Shown piece by piece: positions 1 to 13,700 of a DNA stretch of 64,000 bases. The translations under genes and the position numbers were made by a program. This DNA comes from Tubulanus polymorphus. Taxonomy: Eukaryota; Animalia; Nemertea. A model generated the notes under the pieces. That model saw only the letters and a list, made by a program, of their open reading frames with translations, was not told the origin of the DNA and did no database searches. The stretch's first letter is position 1, and every line of letters begins with the position of its first letter. The stretch spans positions 18,250,210 through 18,314,209 of the forward strand of contig NC_134030.1 of assembly GCF_964204645.1 (NCBI RefSeq), given 5' to 3'.

Positions 1-3000
1 TTCGTCATTTCCCACGAACGATAACTACAGCTGGTGCGTAATAAGTGTCTTATGAATGAAACATGGCGGATGGTTGAAATCATTTTCGGCTTGAATTTAT
101 CGCGAGTTTTAGGACCTTAATGAATTTCACGAAACCATGATCCTTAAAATGAGTCAATTGGTTAATTCTATTTGTAAATCAATTTACGTTGGCTACATTT
201 CCTGAAGATTTCTGGCTCGATTCAACGTAATATGGACAGAAATGGTAAGAATCTTCATACTGAAATTTACTTCCGCGTTCACTCGACGACTCAGATCGAT
301 GACAACGACAGCAGTTATTACGTAATTCAAGGTGAGAATCCGTTTACCAGGGAATGTTTTACATGATTTCTTTATAATATTAGTACATATGGTAGCAAAT
401 GAGTACTCGGTGAAGCAATGATCATTGTTGGCTAGCTACTTAACCTAGCTTTTTTTGGGGGATACACCTAGAATAAGCCCTAAATGTAGTGAATAGAGAC
501 AATGGAAAGCCTAAGTTGTTAGTAAGGGGCTGGTTTAGACTTATGTGTACGACTATCTATTTCGATTACTTTCTTTCCAGCTATAATTCGTGGAATGAAC
601 TGGTCACTACGGTCTTCAATCCTTTGCCGATTCTTGCAGCTGGTGGAAATAAATTTAAACCACAGTGTGCAAGTGTACGTTCCAAATCAAGCTTTTTCGT
701 CATTGTCGTAACTTAAGCGCAACTGTCTCAGATGCTGTAAGTACGTGACGTTTCATGTAATTGTTATTTTTTCAGTTGCCATGTTTACAATATTTGGATA
801 AGTAATCAGTTATTATACTTTCTTTCACTCCTCTATGATATTATATAACCGAGTAATTATTACATTTCATTGCTTAATTACAGGTGGAAAGTGGTCAGAT
901 GGCATGAAAATCGACTGTGGCTGACTAATTGGTGCGATTAGATCAGGTGTTGATGTTTCAAAAGGTGTAGCCAAAAAGCTTGTATCATCAGGGGTAGACA
1001 AATTATCCGTAGATAAATGAAAACTCCACCTTGTTGACTGTCAGTTGATTTAGCTGTAATTACTTCGTCTGGATCAATCGACACATAATTTATTTCAAAA
1101 TCTGTGTTCAGTAGAATTTCTTTCAATAAATTAAGAATCTATTTGAATAATTTTTTACTAATGTATTCAGGAGTGAATTTCAATTGATCTCAAAACCAGA
1201 GAAAGCATTCTTCAAAAATTTAGAAAATCCTAGACTCATAATCAAATTCTGTGAAGTCATTTAAGGTATTTTGCTCGAATCAAGCCAAGGGCTCAGGTGG
1301 CTAAAATTCAATTCCTCACGGTCCTGTAACGCTGAGTACGATGGAGTTTACACACTAAAAAACGTTGCGCTGTGTAAGTGCAATTTGGATAAGTCAGCAA
1401 TATAATGACGGCCCTGGCCCGCGCGCTCCATCTGAGACATAAACAGGTTGGACTGTATTGCTTCGATGCTTTGACAAATGGACTCCTAATATCCACATAT
1501 CCAGCATAATGTTGACACAGGTTGCGCTTCTTGGCAATAGTCATATGTTATGGGCTAGAATTATTTCGATGAAATCTTCGTACGCTACAAAAACAGAGGA
1601 AGAAGCCCGTTAGCAGAAACCCGTTATCGCTGCTATGCAGCTATATTTTTTCATTGTGTTTGAAATATCAGCTCACTGTCTTATGTTTAATTCTACCATC
1701 GTGTTATTTGTCCGATTTTCGTAACATCGTGAATTTCTAAAATCAGTTGAATTATTGTATGTAACGGACTGTGAATAAATATTATTAGATGTATCATTAT
1801 TCCTTAATATATTAATGACGTGATATAAATGTGATCGGTTCGCCATTCCAAACTTCCACTTCCACTATTGTCACTTGTTTGTGCGCCTGGGATTTGTACC
1901 ATCGCTTGTCCCGGCTTGTTCCAAACTTATTGGTTGATGAAAATTGATTGTGTTAACTTGTCCTCTGAATTGAGGTGCGCTAGGGGTGGAGCATTTGAAC
2001 TATCGTAGTATACTTGATTTGAACTTGGGTCACCCTGCTTGTCTTCTGTTCGGCAACCGAGCTAGTCAGCAGTATCACTCCGACTGTGTTCAAACCCGTA
2101 GCATCTCTGGCCGTTTATCCACCATTCGTCAGCTCGGAAAATGAGTGGATTCGAACCCGGGGCACCAATTTGTATGAATGCTTGCAATGACTGACACACG
2201 CCGCTTGTTGACAGAAAAAAGAAAGAAAAAAATATAAAAATGTGCTGTATTTTAAGTGGCAGGTTGACTGTTTCTATTCAACTCATTGAATGTCACAAAT
2301 ATATCGTGTTTATTCAATATCTGCACATCTCTCCAGCTGCTGTGTTAATAACAACGTATCCCCAAAGCCTTATTACAACAATTCGGCTTCTCAAAGTAGT
2401 ATAACATGACAAAACTGTGCGATATCTATTTGTGGGGGTAACTAAGCGTGGTGAGAGCGAACAACCTGAAAAACCTGTAATATCCAAGAAGATAGACAAA
2501 TATATACAAATACGTATTCATATAAGATAAAAATGGCCAAAAATCGAATTTAATTAATCATTTACTAAAACTGTTAGGTTTGATAAACAATACTTAGCCA
2601 GACTTGATGTCTGCTCATCAAAACACATGGTGTCAGACATATTTAATAAAGAAATAGATATGTTACAAAATAAATGGAATATGTAAACTACAAAAATAAG
2701 AATTCATGAAAATGAATATGAAATATCGATTGTTCATCTTGTACTGATGAAAATGATGCCCAATATATGGCGCTTTTAGTTGAAGAAGCGTGTAGCAATT
2801 TTGTATTGGTATAGTAGTAATCGAAGAAGTAATATACACCCTTTCTTGGACCCCACCAACACGTGGTTCCTCTCTTCACCTTTCGCACACCTGTAAATAA
2901 GCTCGGTCTTATTACAATCAACCCGATCCGAAACAAGCAGGTTCGAATCCCGAGTATTGGCCTCGAGCAAAAAGTAAGGGTTGACTGCCGTTTGATGGAC

Positions 3001-3762
3001 AAAATATGGTATGCGAACAGTGCACGTGAAATGGGTGAACAGGATCTTTACTCTTATTCCTATGGCAATTTAGCCTTCATAGCATGAACTTAAGTTTATG
3101 TTCGCTGAGTTAGAAATGCATATTTAAAACAGAATCGATTTAATTATCAAAGCCTACCCTCAGTTGCCGCGACGGCTCCGATGACCATAAACAAGGCCAA
3201 CGCGATGAAAAGAGTTTTAGTAAACATTCTGATGAAATAAATGATTCAATTAGATTTACCGAAATAACAAGTATATAACATCTACGGAGTAACATCTACA
3301 TGTAACTATGAAATGAAATATTTGAGCTTGTCGTCTATAGCTTCACTTACTTCGTTAAGTGAGGATACACTCGAACAGAGTTCTTCGTTTGACGTGTGTT
3401 GACACGATATTAAACAAAATCGTTCTCACTTTATAGAAGTCGTTTTGGCAGCACATGTTAGTGACTTTTGATGATAAATGTAAATTAAATTTCCACCTCT
3501 GGATTAGTATGGCGGCTTTTTAAATATTGTCTAATGAAATCCGTGATATATAATCATATTTTATCGGCGTTTGAAATTAAAGTTCGACGCGCAATTTGGA
3601 ATAGTGAGTTCATTGGGATGTGTCAAACAAACCCTTATCCCTGTTGGGATCGGGTCGTGTGGATTTCTGAATTTTTACAAAAGGCCTTAAATATCTTTTT
3701 GAGGTATAGCGACATCTACCGGAGGCCTCGTGCAAATATTCGTCTGTGTTGGTTTGAAAAAG

Positions 3763-4445
3763 CTCTCCCTCTCCCTCTCCCTCTCCCTCTCCCTCTCCCT
3801 CTCCCTCTCCCTCTCCCTCTCCCTCTCCCTCTCCCTCTCCCTCTCCCTCTCCCTCTCCCTCTCCCTCTCCCTCTCCCTCTCCCTCTCCCTCTCCCTCTCC
3901 CTCTCCCTCTCCCTCTCCCTCTCCCTCTCCCTCTCCCTCTCCCTCTCCCTCTCCCTCTCCCTCTCCCTCTCCCTCTCCCTCTCCCTCTCCCTCTCCCTCT
4001 CCCTCTCCCTCTCCCTCTCCCTCTCCCTCTCCCTCTCCCTCTCCCTCTCCCTCTCCCTCTCCCTCTCCCTCTCCCTCTCCCTCTCCCTCTCCCTCTCCCT
4101 CTCCCTCTCCCTCTCCCTCTCCCTCTCCCTCTCCCTCTCCCTCTCCCTCTCCCTCTCCCTCTCCCTCTCCCTCTCCCTCTCCCTCTCCCTCTCCCTCTCC
4201 CTCTCCCTCTCCCTCTCCCTCTCCCTCTCCCTCTCCCTCTCCCTCTCCCTCTCCCTCTCCCTCTCCCTCTCCCTCTCCCTCTCCCTCTCCCTCTCCCTCT
4301 CCCTCTCCCTCTCCCTCTCCCTCTCCCTCTCCCTCTCCCTCTCCCTCTCCCTCTCCCTCTCCCTCTCCCTCTCCCTCTCCCTCTCCCTCTCCCTCTCCCT
4401 CTCCCTCTCCCTCTCCCTCTCCCTCTCCCTCTCCCTCTCCCTCTC
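3763..4445. repeat. Perfect (CTCTCC)n hexamer microsatellite, about 113 units
   Basis: Uninterrupted CTCTCC repeat; it explains the poly-LP, poly-SL and poly-RG ORFs. Confidence 0.98.
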
Positions 4446-4474
4446 ACCCCTGAGTAGAACGCTGGGGGCCTCGT

Positions 4475-4610
4475 ATCACCTACCCAATCGCCAAATCTCA
4501 TAATTCCCCAAATTTCGATTTCAAATTTGCAATTCCACATTAGCTTATCCCAAAAATTCTACATTTTTTTGCAGGCGTCAAATAACTTATCAAAATTAAT
4601 TTTCTTGTTA
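4475..4610 (+). repeat. Interspersed repeat copy (probable non-autonomous transposon end)
   Basis: The block cacctacccaatcgccaa...gcaggcgtcaaataa recurs at about 53902-54045 (+) and about 45040-45152 (-). Confidence 0.7.
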
Positions 4611-6329
4611 TGATTATTATATAGTAATAATTAATAATAATTAATAATACGAAATCTGGATAAAAAACCTAACAAAATTTATCCTCATTGGTTGGTTTTA
4701 GAGTATTTTAGAGTATTTTTACGTTTGAATGAATGAATGAATCAAAACAATGATTGATTCCAATTTGACCGCTACTGATAACTATTTCGATTTCACTGAG
4801 GATTGCGATGATCAAACACTTAGTCGTTGTCTCGCGATTATCAATGTCAACGAGATTAATAATAACTTCAATGACCTTAATACTGGTCCTTATCAGTCGA
4901 AAAGCCTACTAAAGATTCGTCACTAAATGTAGACACTTAGGCCCACAGGCCTTCCCACTCCATCGTTTTGTCCGAAAAAGTGCGTGATGGTTTATGTATA
5001 TGGTTTTATAACTCCATTACCCTTCATCGCATATGGGTTACTGTAGTAACCATTCAGGTTTAGCCCCGCCTGTGACCTAAATTGGGACTTGTGTAGTCCC
5101 AATTCATTTTGGTTATTTTAGTGACCATTTAAGCTTCGTTATATGCGAAAGTAGATGACAGTTTAGTTTTTTGCCAATATTGCAGCCCCCAGGAGACGAA
5201 GGTGAGTGAGGTGTCTGCAACAATACTTTTGTAAAGTATGTTGCTCCCAAAGGCCTATAACAAAGATATACTAATAAATCAGATAAAACATAAGTTCTAG
5301 CACACAATTAATGTGAAGTTTGATATTGATTATTGATTTGTGTTTTTGTGGCATATTAAAAAAAAAGTTACTGGAGTGACCATTATGCAGTACAGTCACT
5401 TGTGTTGTAACTACTGTAAATAAGTTATATGATGTTATTTCCCTATATATCTTGGCATTAGTGTGTATATGGATGCTGGGCCTGTTGCACTGCTAATATA
5501 AAATTTACCCATTTTGCTTACACTTTTCAGTTCCTCCAGTCGCCTGACTGCAGCGGACGTAGCCCGAGCCATTAATTTAGATGATGATGACGGTATGATC
5601 CCCTCAGAAAGTGATGATGATAGATTGCGTGGCAACGAGGGTCAAAGAATTTGCATCGACATTAAATGTGACTACTTTTTTCAAGTTTCATATTGTTGAG
5701 TTAAAGTGCCATGGCTGTGAACTAACTGACTTATATGTACCTAAGAGGTACACATTGATGTAGGACTCATGAAATAAAAAATTACAGGCACAGAATAAAT
5801 CTTATTGTGTTCATTCATATTTAAGAATTTCGTTGTCAACTATTATCTGATTGGTGCTTGATGGCACCTGCGGGCGTTTACTTAAAGTAAAAGTTATCTT
5901 GGGGAGCTCATTGTGATCATTATCATCAATTTCTATTGGCTGCATATCATCGATATTTGTGGCTATGTCAAGACTTTCCTTTATGTGGTGGATGTTTCCA
6001 CGGACGACGATGTTTCCTTGATAAGTGACTGGCAAATGAAGACTTGTTTGAATACGAATTCTGACATTGTCTCAATGGGCAATGACTCTGTTCCTCGACT
6101 TGTATGCTTTTTTAGATGGGACCACTTTGACTGTCAAACATATCACTACATGAATCAATTGAACATGTTGTGGTACGGAGTCCTTCTAAATAGTTGGTGT
6201 GTGACTCCTTTCACTAATGATGTTGACCGGCTTGTCTATTTATCCTCAGCTATCTTCTTTCTTGAGTGAATATAAGTTGAAACAAGTCTTCTTTACGACC
6301 ACACTTCTTCTTTATTTTTCTTCTTTGTG

Positions 6330-6933
6330 TTACATAATTATTTGCTTAATCGCCCCAACTCTCATAACTTCAAAAACCTTAGTTACAATAAAAGCTATTG
6401 ATTCAAAACGTCTTTATAGAGTACCAACTGTATTTTTTGATATCGAAAACGATAATCATAGGATATTATATAGATCAATTTTTATCGATTGTGTAAGAAA
6501 TAATCCAAAAGAAGTATTATCAGATCTAAAAACTCATTGGACAGATATAGATACATTTCCAGGTGATTATTCAGGTATGCTTTATTTCATAAAATTTAAA
6601 ATGAGAGATTTTTTGCCAGAATTGAAAAAGTTTGCTGCTAATGATTATTATGATGATAAAAGTGATAATTTTGATGAAATAATTCAATATTACAGTTATG
6701 AAGATTTTTCACAAGATGTTATAAATGAAATTAAAAATGATGCAAAAAAAAGAATATGAAAGTATGAGCGAAGATTGGATAGATATATTGATTTGAATTA
6801 TGAATTGAATGCTAAGGGTTTGAGATCTGTTGATAGTTATCAATCCAAACAATTAGGTGAAGGCAATAGAAAATCATTTGAATTAAGAAATGAATGGCTC
6901 AAATTGTGGTTAGAATTAGAATCAGAAAAGTAA
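6330..6933 (+). pseudogene. Very AT-rich virus-like ORF remnant (probable Polinton/Maverick gene), internal stop at 6757-6759
   Basis: K/D/N/I-rich intronless frame that continues past the stop (KYERRLDRYIDLNYELNAKG...LELESEK*); converges on the ATPase remnant across an inverted repeat. Confidence 0.45.
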
Positions 6934-6949
6934 TTTTCAATATGAATAT

Positions 6950-7490
6950 AATACCCCCTGTGTCTTTATGTCTTTAGTCGTTCTAGTACTTTTAGTATAA
7001 ATAATATATCTTTATATCATTAGTACTTGAAAAATAAAAATCATAATACCCATCTTTGTCTTTATCTCCTTAGTAGTCTTAGTAGTTTCAGTACATAAAG
7101 AATATATCTTTATTTTATTAGTACTTGAAAAAAATAAAAATGAAAAAAAGTATATATATATTTTATATATTAAATCTTAATTTAGTTAAGACTAATAAAA
7201 AATTTGTATAATATAATATTTATTAATCTCACAGATTATATATTTGATATGATAATGATATAATATTTATTTCACAGATTTCTATATATTACTGTTTCAT
7301 CTGATAGATAATGATAATAATATTTATTCATCTGATAGATTTTATATATTACTGTTCCAATAATGAAAAATATCATAGATTTATTATATATAAAAAATAT
7401 ACATATATTTTTTTCTAAGTACTAATAAAATAAAGATATATTCTTTATGTACTAAAAGTACTAAAGACAATAAAGACACAACGGGGTATT
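6950..7490. repeat. Direct plus inverted AT-rich repeat between two convergent virus-like genes
   Basis: The unit aataccc...gtcttta...agtac...atatatcttta...ttagtactt occurs twice on + (about 6950-7140) and once inverted (about 7405-7490). Confidence 0.75.
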
Positions 7491-7509
7491 AATTTGAAAT
7501 AATTTAAAT

Positions 7510-7950
7510 TATTCTAATTTTATTTTATAAATCTATATTCATTGGGAAATTGTAGTCTCAGTAATAATTTGGAACCTTTATTCCTTTTTAATTTATTCAT
7601 ATATTCATCATGTAATTCAGTAGGTATAATTTGATTTTCTTCCAATGATTTTTGCATAGATTTTCTATCTTTAGTGTAGAATAAAACTAAAAATTTATAT
7701 TCTCTCTATAATCTTTCACAATTGATTTATATTTTTGATTTAAAACCCACGTTGTAATCCCAAAATGTCTCTCAGAGAAAGCTAGATAACATAGTTCACT
7801 TTCTCTAATTTTTGAATCATGTAAATTAGCACTATCATCTATGATAAATAATGTATTTGATCCTTTAAAAATATCAATTGCTATTTTAATACAATAATCT
7901 AATTATCTTTTAATTTCACTAGATAATATCCATTCATTAAATTCATCATC
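7510..7950 (-). pseudogene. FtsK/HerA-superfamily (A32-like) DNA-packaging ATPase C-terminal fragment, Polinton/adintovirus-like, frameshifted
   Basis: Manual translation gives NTLFIIDDSANLHDSKIRESELCYLAFSERHFGITTWVLNQKYKSIVKDYRENI: Walker B hhhhDD, RH motif, sensor Q and downstream R. Confidence 0.75.
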
Positions 7951-7984
7951 ATACCCGTTATATTTCACCAGAGAATATTTCTTA

Positions 7985-10277
7985 CGGTTCCTGAACTTCG
8001 CTGAAAAAGCTGAAACACTGAAAAGCTGAAACGCTGAAATAAAAACGCTGAAATTTCAGGAAATTTCCGAAAAACGCCGAAATTTCAGGGAATTCCCAAA
8101 AAAACACTGAAATCGTGCTAGGTACCGACGATACACGTTTTGAAATATTTTCCGGGCCGGTGTCCGCTGCCGAATCCTCTTTCGTGTTTTATACTCTACC
8201 TTCGGTTACAGAGACATGCCTTAAGGTCGTCGCCATTTTCGACTTGATCGATTGCGGATTGCGTGGGTCGTCAGATGTGTTTTTGCCATAGTTTTATGTG
8301 CATATACCGGTACGATCTAACAATGAAGTTATCACTTCATTTGAATAAATTCTTAATTATAGTAATATTAATTCACAATTCTTTTTCTAATGTTTGGTGA
8401 TTTCTAGCAACTTATCATTGCCAAGTCTCATACAAGGAGTAGCTGAATGAAAGTTCAGTTAGGCTGAACCTGATAACTCAAATTAAGTGCTAGCTGTGCT
8501 TATGATTATTTTGATTCTATTTTCCGTGTCATTGAAATTCGTTAATAAAGGTTTAACCGTCATAGTATACTGTACTTAGCATTGCTACGATTGGGTGACA
8601 TGTTTCTACAATTTCTACAAGGAGGAAGGAGTCTTTAAGTGTCTTTGTTCCCGGTGAGGCTACGGGGTAAAACCTGGATTACTTTCTCTTTCGACTTGCT
8701 GGAGACTACTATCTGCAATGTATTGCATGCTTTGATTTGTCTGGCTTATAGGAGTCGAACGACATTTTCCCATACACAGGCTTGGCTTCAGTGTAGATGA
8801 AGGCTAGGCACTGCACATTGTGGATTGACTGGAACTCTAAACTCACAAAATATATATATTTATATTTATATACTATTTAACAGCTTGAAATAATACATAA
8901 CACATTGTGCAAGAGTACACAAAGGAAATCAGTTCTTACATTATATCAGAATCAATAGTTCGCTTAACTCGGGCTAGAATTCTAATTCCATTGCTTCATA
9001 TCCTAATGAAATCCACTAGCATACCTTAGAATATTGCTTAGCTTAAGACTAAAAATTTGGTACCAGGATAACAGGGAAGAAAAGTGGGTGGACTGTACAT
9101 CGGCAATTGACTTATTTCTATCTGGTTGAATCAAGTTATTATTGAAATAGCATTCGAATAGCCATTTTATTTTTAAAAAATTGTATCGTTCAGCTATCCT
9201 GCTGCAAATTTCGCAGTTGAAGTTTACTGGTGCCAGCTGATTTCTCAGTATCTCAAAAAAAAATTTGCACATTCTAAGCCCGAGTCTAAAAATAGAAAAA
9301 GGTGCATTTAAGTAGGAAATAAAAGAATAGTGGCTAATACACCCTGAACTATATAGCCTATGTGGGGCCTAGTTTGAAAGCACTGAGGTCCGAGGGAACA
9401 GCACTTTGAAAATAAATAATGAAATTAAACTTACAAAACACCCAGTACTTGAGATGATGTACTTGACAAGAAGTGTCCCCAGCTAAGCAAATCAACTTTG
9501 TCTATGACTCCTCCTTTTATAGATTCAGTAGTAGTCTAAAAATAAAAAATCGGTACATTTTTCTAACAGTTGGTATGTCATTTCTTCAAAAAAAAATTAA
9601 TCATTATCACACTACAGCAAATAAATTATTCACAGTTGTTGAATGGTTTGCCCGATTTAGATCAATTGGTTGACGCTAATCAGTATGACCCATACGTAGG
9701 GGCCTACTGCATGCCATTGGCGTCAATCCATTCCATTCCATTCCACAGTGAATTAAAAAGAAGTTTAGTTAGATCCCTTTTGTCCAAAAGCTGCATCATT
9801 TATATAACTAGCTGTCAAATTTAATTTACCTCCTTCAGAGAATACCATATAGTCCGTCGACCATCAACGTGTTGACAAAAGAAAAGTTGCTCCATGTTTT
9901 ATACATGAACGTTCAAATAAGATATTTTGCGTCTTGAGCATAGTGTTTAAGTTGGCTTGCACGGTTTGTGAATGGGTTTTCCTCATTACGCTGCCTGTAT
10001 GCATTAAAAATCTGGATTTCAAGCGAATTAATTTGTCCAACAAGTAGCCCTCTAGAAGTATACTCCACACATACTGTCCATGCATGTCTCTGTAACCGAA
10101 GGTAGAGACTAAAACACGGTTCAGAGCTCGGCAGCGGACACTGGCCCGGAAAATATTTCAAAACGTGTATTGTCGGTACCTAGCACGATTTCGGCGTTTT
10201 TCGGAAATTCCCTGAAATTTAAGCGTTTTTATTTCAGCGTTTCAATATTCCGCTTTTTCAGCGAAGTTCAGGAACCG
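7985..10277. mobile_element. Non-autonomous DNA transposon with roughly 150-200 bp terminal inverted repeats
   Basis: cggttcctgaacttcgctgaaaaagc...tgctaggtaccgac...ccgctgccga at the left end is mirrored at about 10125-10277; gctgaaa subrepeats; no clear TSD. Confidence 0.85.
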
Positions 10278-10299
10278 CCTCTTGTACCTTGATCGGCCT

Positions 10300-11700
10300 G
10301 CGACTTGATTGCAGCAGACATTTTGCCGTTATTTGATATAGTAATGCCAAGGTACTGAAAGGTTGACAGCTCTTCCAGTAGGACATCGTTATAAAAACAT
10401 AAAAGGGGGTTACGGTTATTTCTGCGGAACCCAATTTTCATTGTCTATGTCTTAGCAGAATTCACAGATAGTTTCATCTTTTTACAATAATCATACAGAA
10501 TATCAAGTGCACCCCCCAATTCTCCGGCCGATTGGGCTAGAATGACGGTATCATCGGCGTAAAGCAAGACATAGTTTGAATAAATTAAAGTCAATGCCTG
10601 GATGGCCATTGTTTATAAAAAATTCTTCCATGTCATTAATATAGATATTGAAAAGTACAGCAGAGATACAAACGCATTTCCTTACGCCGACGGTGCAGTC
10701 AAAAAAGCTTGATATGAACCCATTGTTTTTGACACATGATTCGCTGTTTGTATACATAGATTCAGTTATGTTATAAACTTTGCCAGTGATACCAGCTTCC
10801 AGAATCTTTTTTCCAGAGAATTCCGTGGTTCAAATAATCGAAGGCCTTAGAAAAATCTACGAATGCCATACACGCATTTTTCATTTTCTTCTTTATACAG
10901 TGGTCGATGATTGGAGATAATACAAAAGATTGATTTATAGTACCATTATTTGGCCAAAAAGCGGCCTGTGCATTATTTAATACTTGATGTGCCTCTGACC
11001 GTTGTATAATGCGTGTATTCAAAATAATTAAAAATATATCTCCGAAGCAGCGCAAGACGGTGATACCTCTATAATTGTTTGGGTCGGAAGTCATCCCTTT
11101 CTTATGAATGGGTGTAATGCAGACACTGCTCCAATATTGTGGGTAAATACCTGATTGAAGGATGACTTTGAAAAAAAAATGGTCAGCGGAGGTGTTAGGG
11201 TTTCAGTGGCAGTTATAAGCATTTCTGGTAGGATATTATCAAGACCCGGTGATTTGCCTTTTTTTAAGATTTCTTATCGTTCTTAAAACTTCATCTCTAG
11301 TTATGGGGATGTCTAGATCGTGAGGCATATTAATAGTTTCCGTATCATTTTCATTAAGCAAAGGATCAGGATCAATGTCATCGTTTGATTCAGATTGAAT
11401 TATTCCGCGAAAAAAAGTTTCGAATTTAGCTAAATTTGGGCAGTTCTCATTTTTATCTGCGTGTCGAGTTTCAAATGATTTTAAAATCTTCCAAAAAGAC
11501 TTAGTGTCATTTTGAGATAAAGCATTTTTAAGTTTTTTAGCTATCTTTTTTCTCGTTGCGGATTTTTGATATAGATATTGTCTTTCTGTAACGCTTACGT
11601 TTGGTTGGTATGTCTCGTAAATTGTTAAGATTGAGTTGGTTGTGGTAGAGCCCATTCGCTTTGCTGAATTTATTCCTGGCTATGGAGCAATTTCTGGGGT
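10300..11700 (-). mobile_element. Degraded non-LTR retrotransposon (LINE) reverse transcriptase
   Basis: NNYRGITVL, AFVDFSKAFD, GVRK..ISAVLFNIYIND and YADD (about 10550-10562) motifs spread over frameshifted ORFs. Confidence 0.9.
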
Positions 11701-12339
11701 GTTGGCTGTTCGCAGGTGAATTCGCTGCCGTTCCCTTTGAACAGTTTGCCGTCTATGTAACGTTTCACTGAAGTATCACTAGATTAAATATCAATATTCG
11801 TTGTACAAAAATGCATTGTTCATTGTGAAATATCCAATTCTAGTATTTCAGGAATGTGGATGTATGGAATACAAGTTATGTTATTTCGTTGTTCAATTAT
11901 TTAAGGATACCCGTGCTTGATTATGTGTTGAATTCAATATACCCCTGGGCCTTTGATCCAATCTAATAATAAGTTATAGACACTAATTATTGATTACATC
12001 TCAGTGCGCAGCTGCTGATTTCTGTTCACCTTTCATTGCAAGGAAATTAGTTCTTAGACTTAACTGATATAGATAGATAGAAACAAAGACAACTTTATTA
12101 AACAAGAATCACTTAGCAATGCATACTTTTTAATCAAGAAATATTTCATTTCATTTATGACTTTCAAGTGTTTTGAACATAGAAATCAATGTACAGAAAA
12201 AGAAAGTCACATAATCTGCAGCACAGATGATTCTTTTACAGAGATAAAAAAGTAGATAATTTAAATGATAATAATGATCATACAAAGTTATTTTCAATAA
12301 TAACACAGAATGACTGATAAGTTGATATAATATACATTT

Positions 12340-13700
12340 GATATTATAATAAGTTTAATTAATAGCCGCATATTATACCCGATCCCACGAAGAAATTCCC
12401 TTTTTGTTCAGTATTATAATCTTCACACAGATTTTTCAAATGGAGTTGAAGGGCGACATAATTGCGGCGTACTCGTTTGGTTGGGCGTTGTCCGATATTA
12501 TCCTGTGTGCAATTGCCCCCGAAACCGACGCATTGTCCTGTTGAAAGCTGGCAGGAGTTCGCCAAATTGAGGGATGATGATGCCAAACGATATCAAAAAA
12601 AGTTGCAGTTCCACGATACGCATTGTTTGTACGTGCATCATCCTCTTTGTTCAATTGTGTTAGCCCCAAACTGTTGTATTTTCCTCCATGTTGACTGCGT
12701 CAGATGAAAAAAGCACCCCTTTATTTCAACTAGACCATCGAATGCAGTGTACACGGCGCTTTGGAACTGCCTTTTCAAAGTCTGCCATGATAAACTCCGG
12801 ATCTGGAAAGAACTCCCGTGTTTCCCCCTCTCTTCTTACCTACAAAATCGAAATAGAGAACAATTTTTACAAACTTAATGTAATGAGTACGAAAGCAATG
12901 TCTCTTGTCATTCAGAATGTCTCTTGTTTTCACTCTGAGATAACGTATTCTTTTTAGCGCCAAAATCTTTAAATCCGAGGTTTTTAGCTTGCAGTAAATT
13001 CATTTTCTCTGTAAATTCTCTCTTATTAGACAATACGCGGCTGTAATTGCAGTTTCTACGAGTGGCACCCGAATGACGTAGAAACCTATTCAAATAATGG
13101 TGGGGCTATCGAAAAGAATCCTTCCATGAACTATGCTCTCTTGCTTCTCCAAATTTCCCAATACCATTTTCGGTTGCAAATATTGCTATTCGCCGCCGTT
13201 CTGCGGTTCTGTTGTCGTAAAGTTAAAATCGTTCGTCTTGTCCATCGTCAAGGGAGGTAGAAGCCCTTTTTCTTTCGATGACTAGTTCCTCGAGTTTCTT
13301 TAGGTAGATTCTTCCTTTTTTTCTCGACGAGTTGACCTTTTGCAAACTTCTTCCCTTGCCATTCGAGCCCTGGCACCACTATCATCAACTTCTATCATAA
13401 CCCTGCTATATATTAGGACTGGATTATTTGCGGTTGCATCTGATGTGATTTTCTTCATCGCCAAGTCGATCTTGTTTTGGTGGCTGCTACAGCAGTGGTA
13501 TCGACGAAATCGTTATGGTACACTGTTTCCATCGGATTTTCAATTTGTTGATCTGTTATAATAGCACCACGACACCCATCAGTTTTGTTTTTCACACTGT
13601 TCCATCTTATTTGCTTTTTGTGTAGTATATTTCTTTACGTCCATGTTGGTATTTAGACATAGCTTAAATCCGCTTTTCCCTGTTTTAATGAATTCTGCCA
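12340..13700 (-). mobile_element. Degraded MULE (Mutator) transposase, possibly with an N-terminal FLYWCH-like domain
   Basis: GC.FHLTQSTWRKIQQFG near 12660-12720, RTNN...WHHHPSIW near 12570-12640, and GCRGAIIT near 13550-13580. Confidence 0.8.

Noticed and set aside
2040-2960. tRNA-like GGTTCGAATCC motifs near 2147 and 2940 (also 51128)
   Set aside because: Isolated T-arm/B-box only; no cloverleaf could be built. Probably SINE or MITE remnants.
3763-4445. Interstitial telomere
   Set aside because: The unit is AGAGGG, not TTAGGG or TTAGG, and there is no subtelomeric context.
3534-4540. Long poly-LP, poly-SL and poly-RG ORFs
   Set aside because: Translations of the (CTCTCC)n microsatellite, which has no stop codon in any frame.
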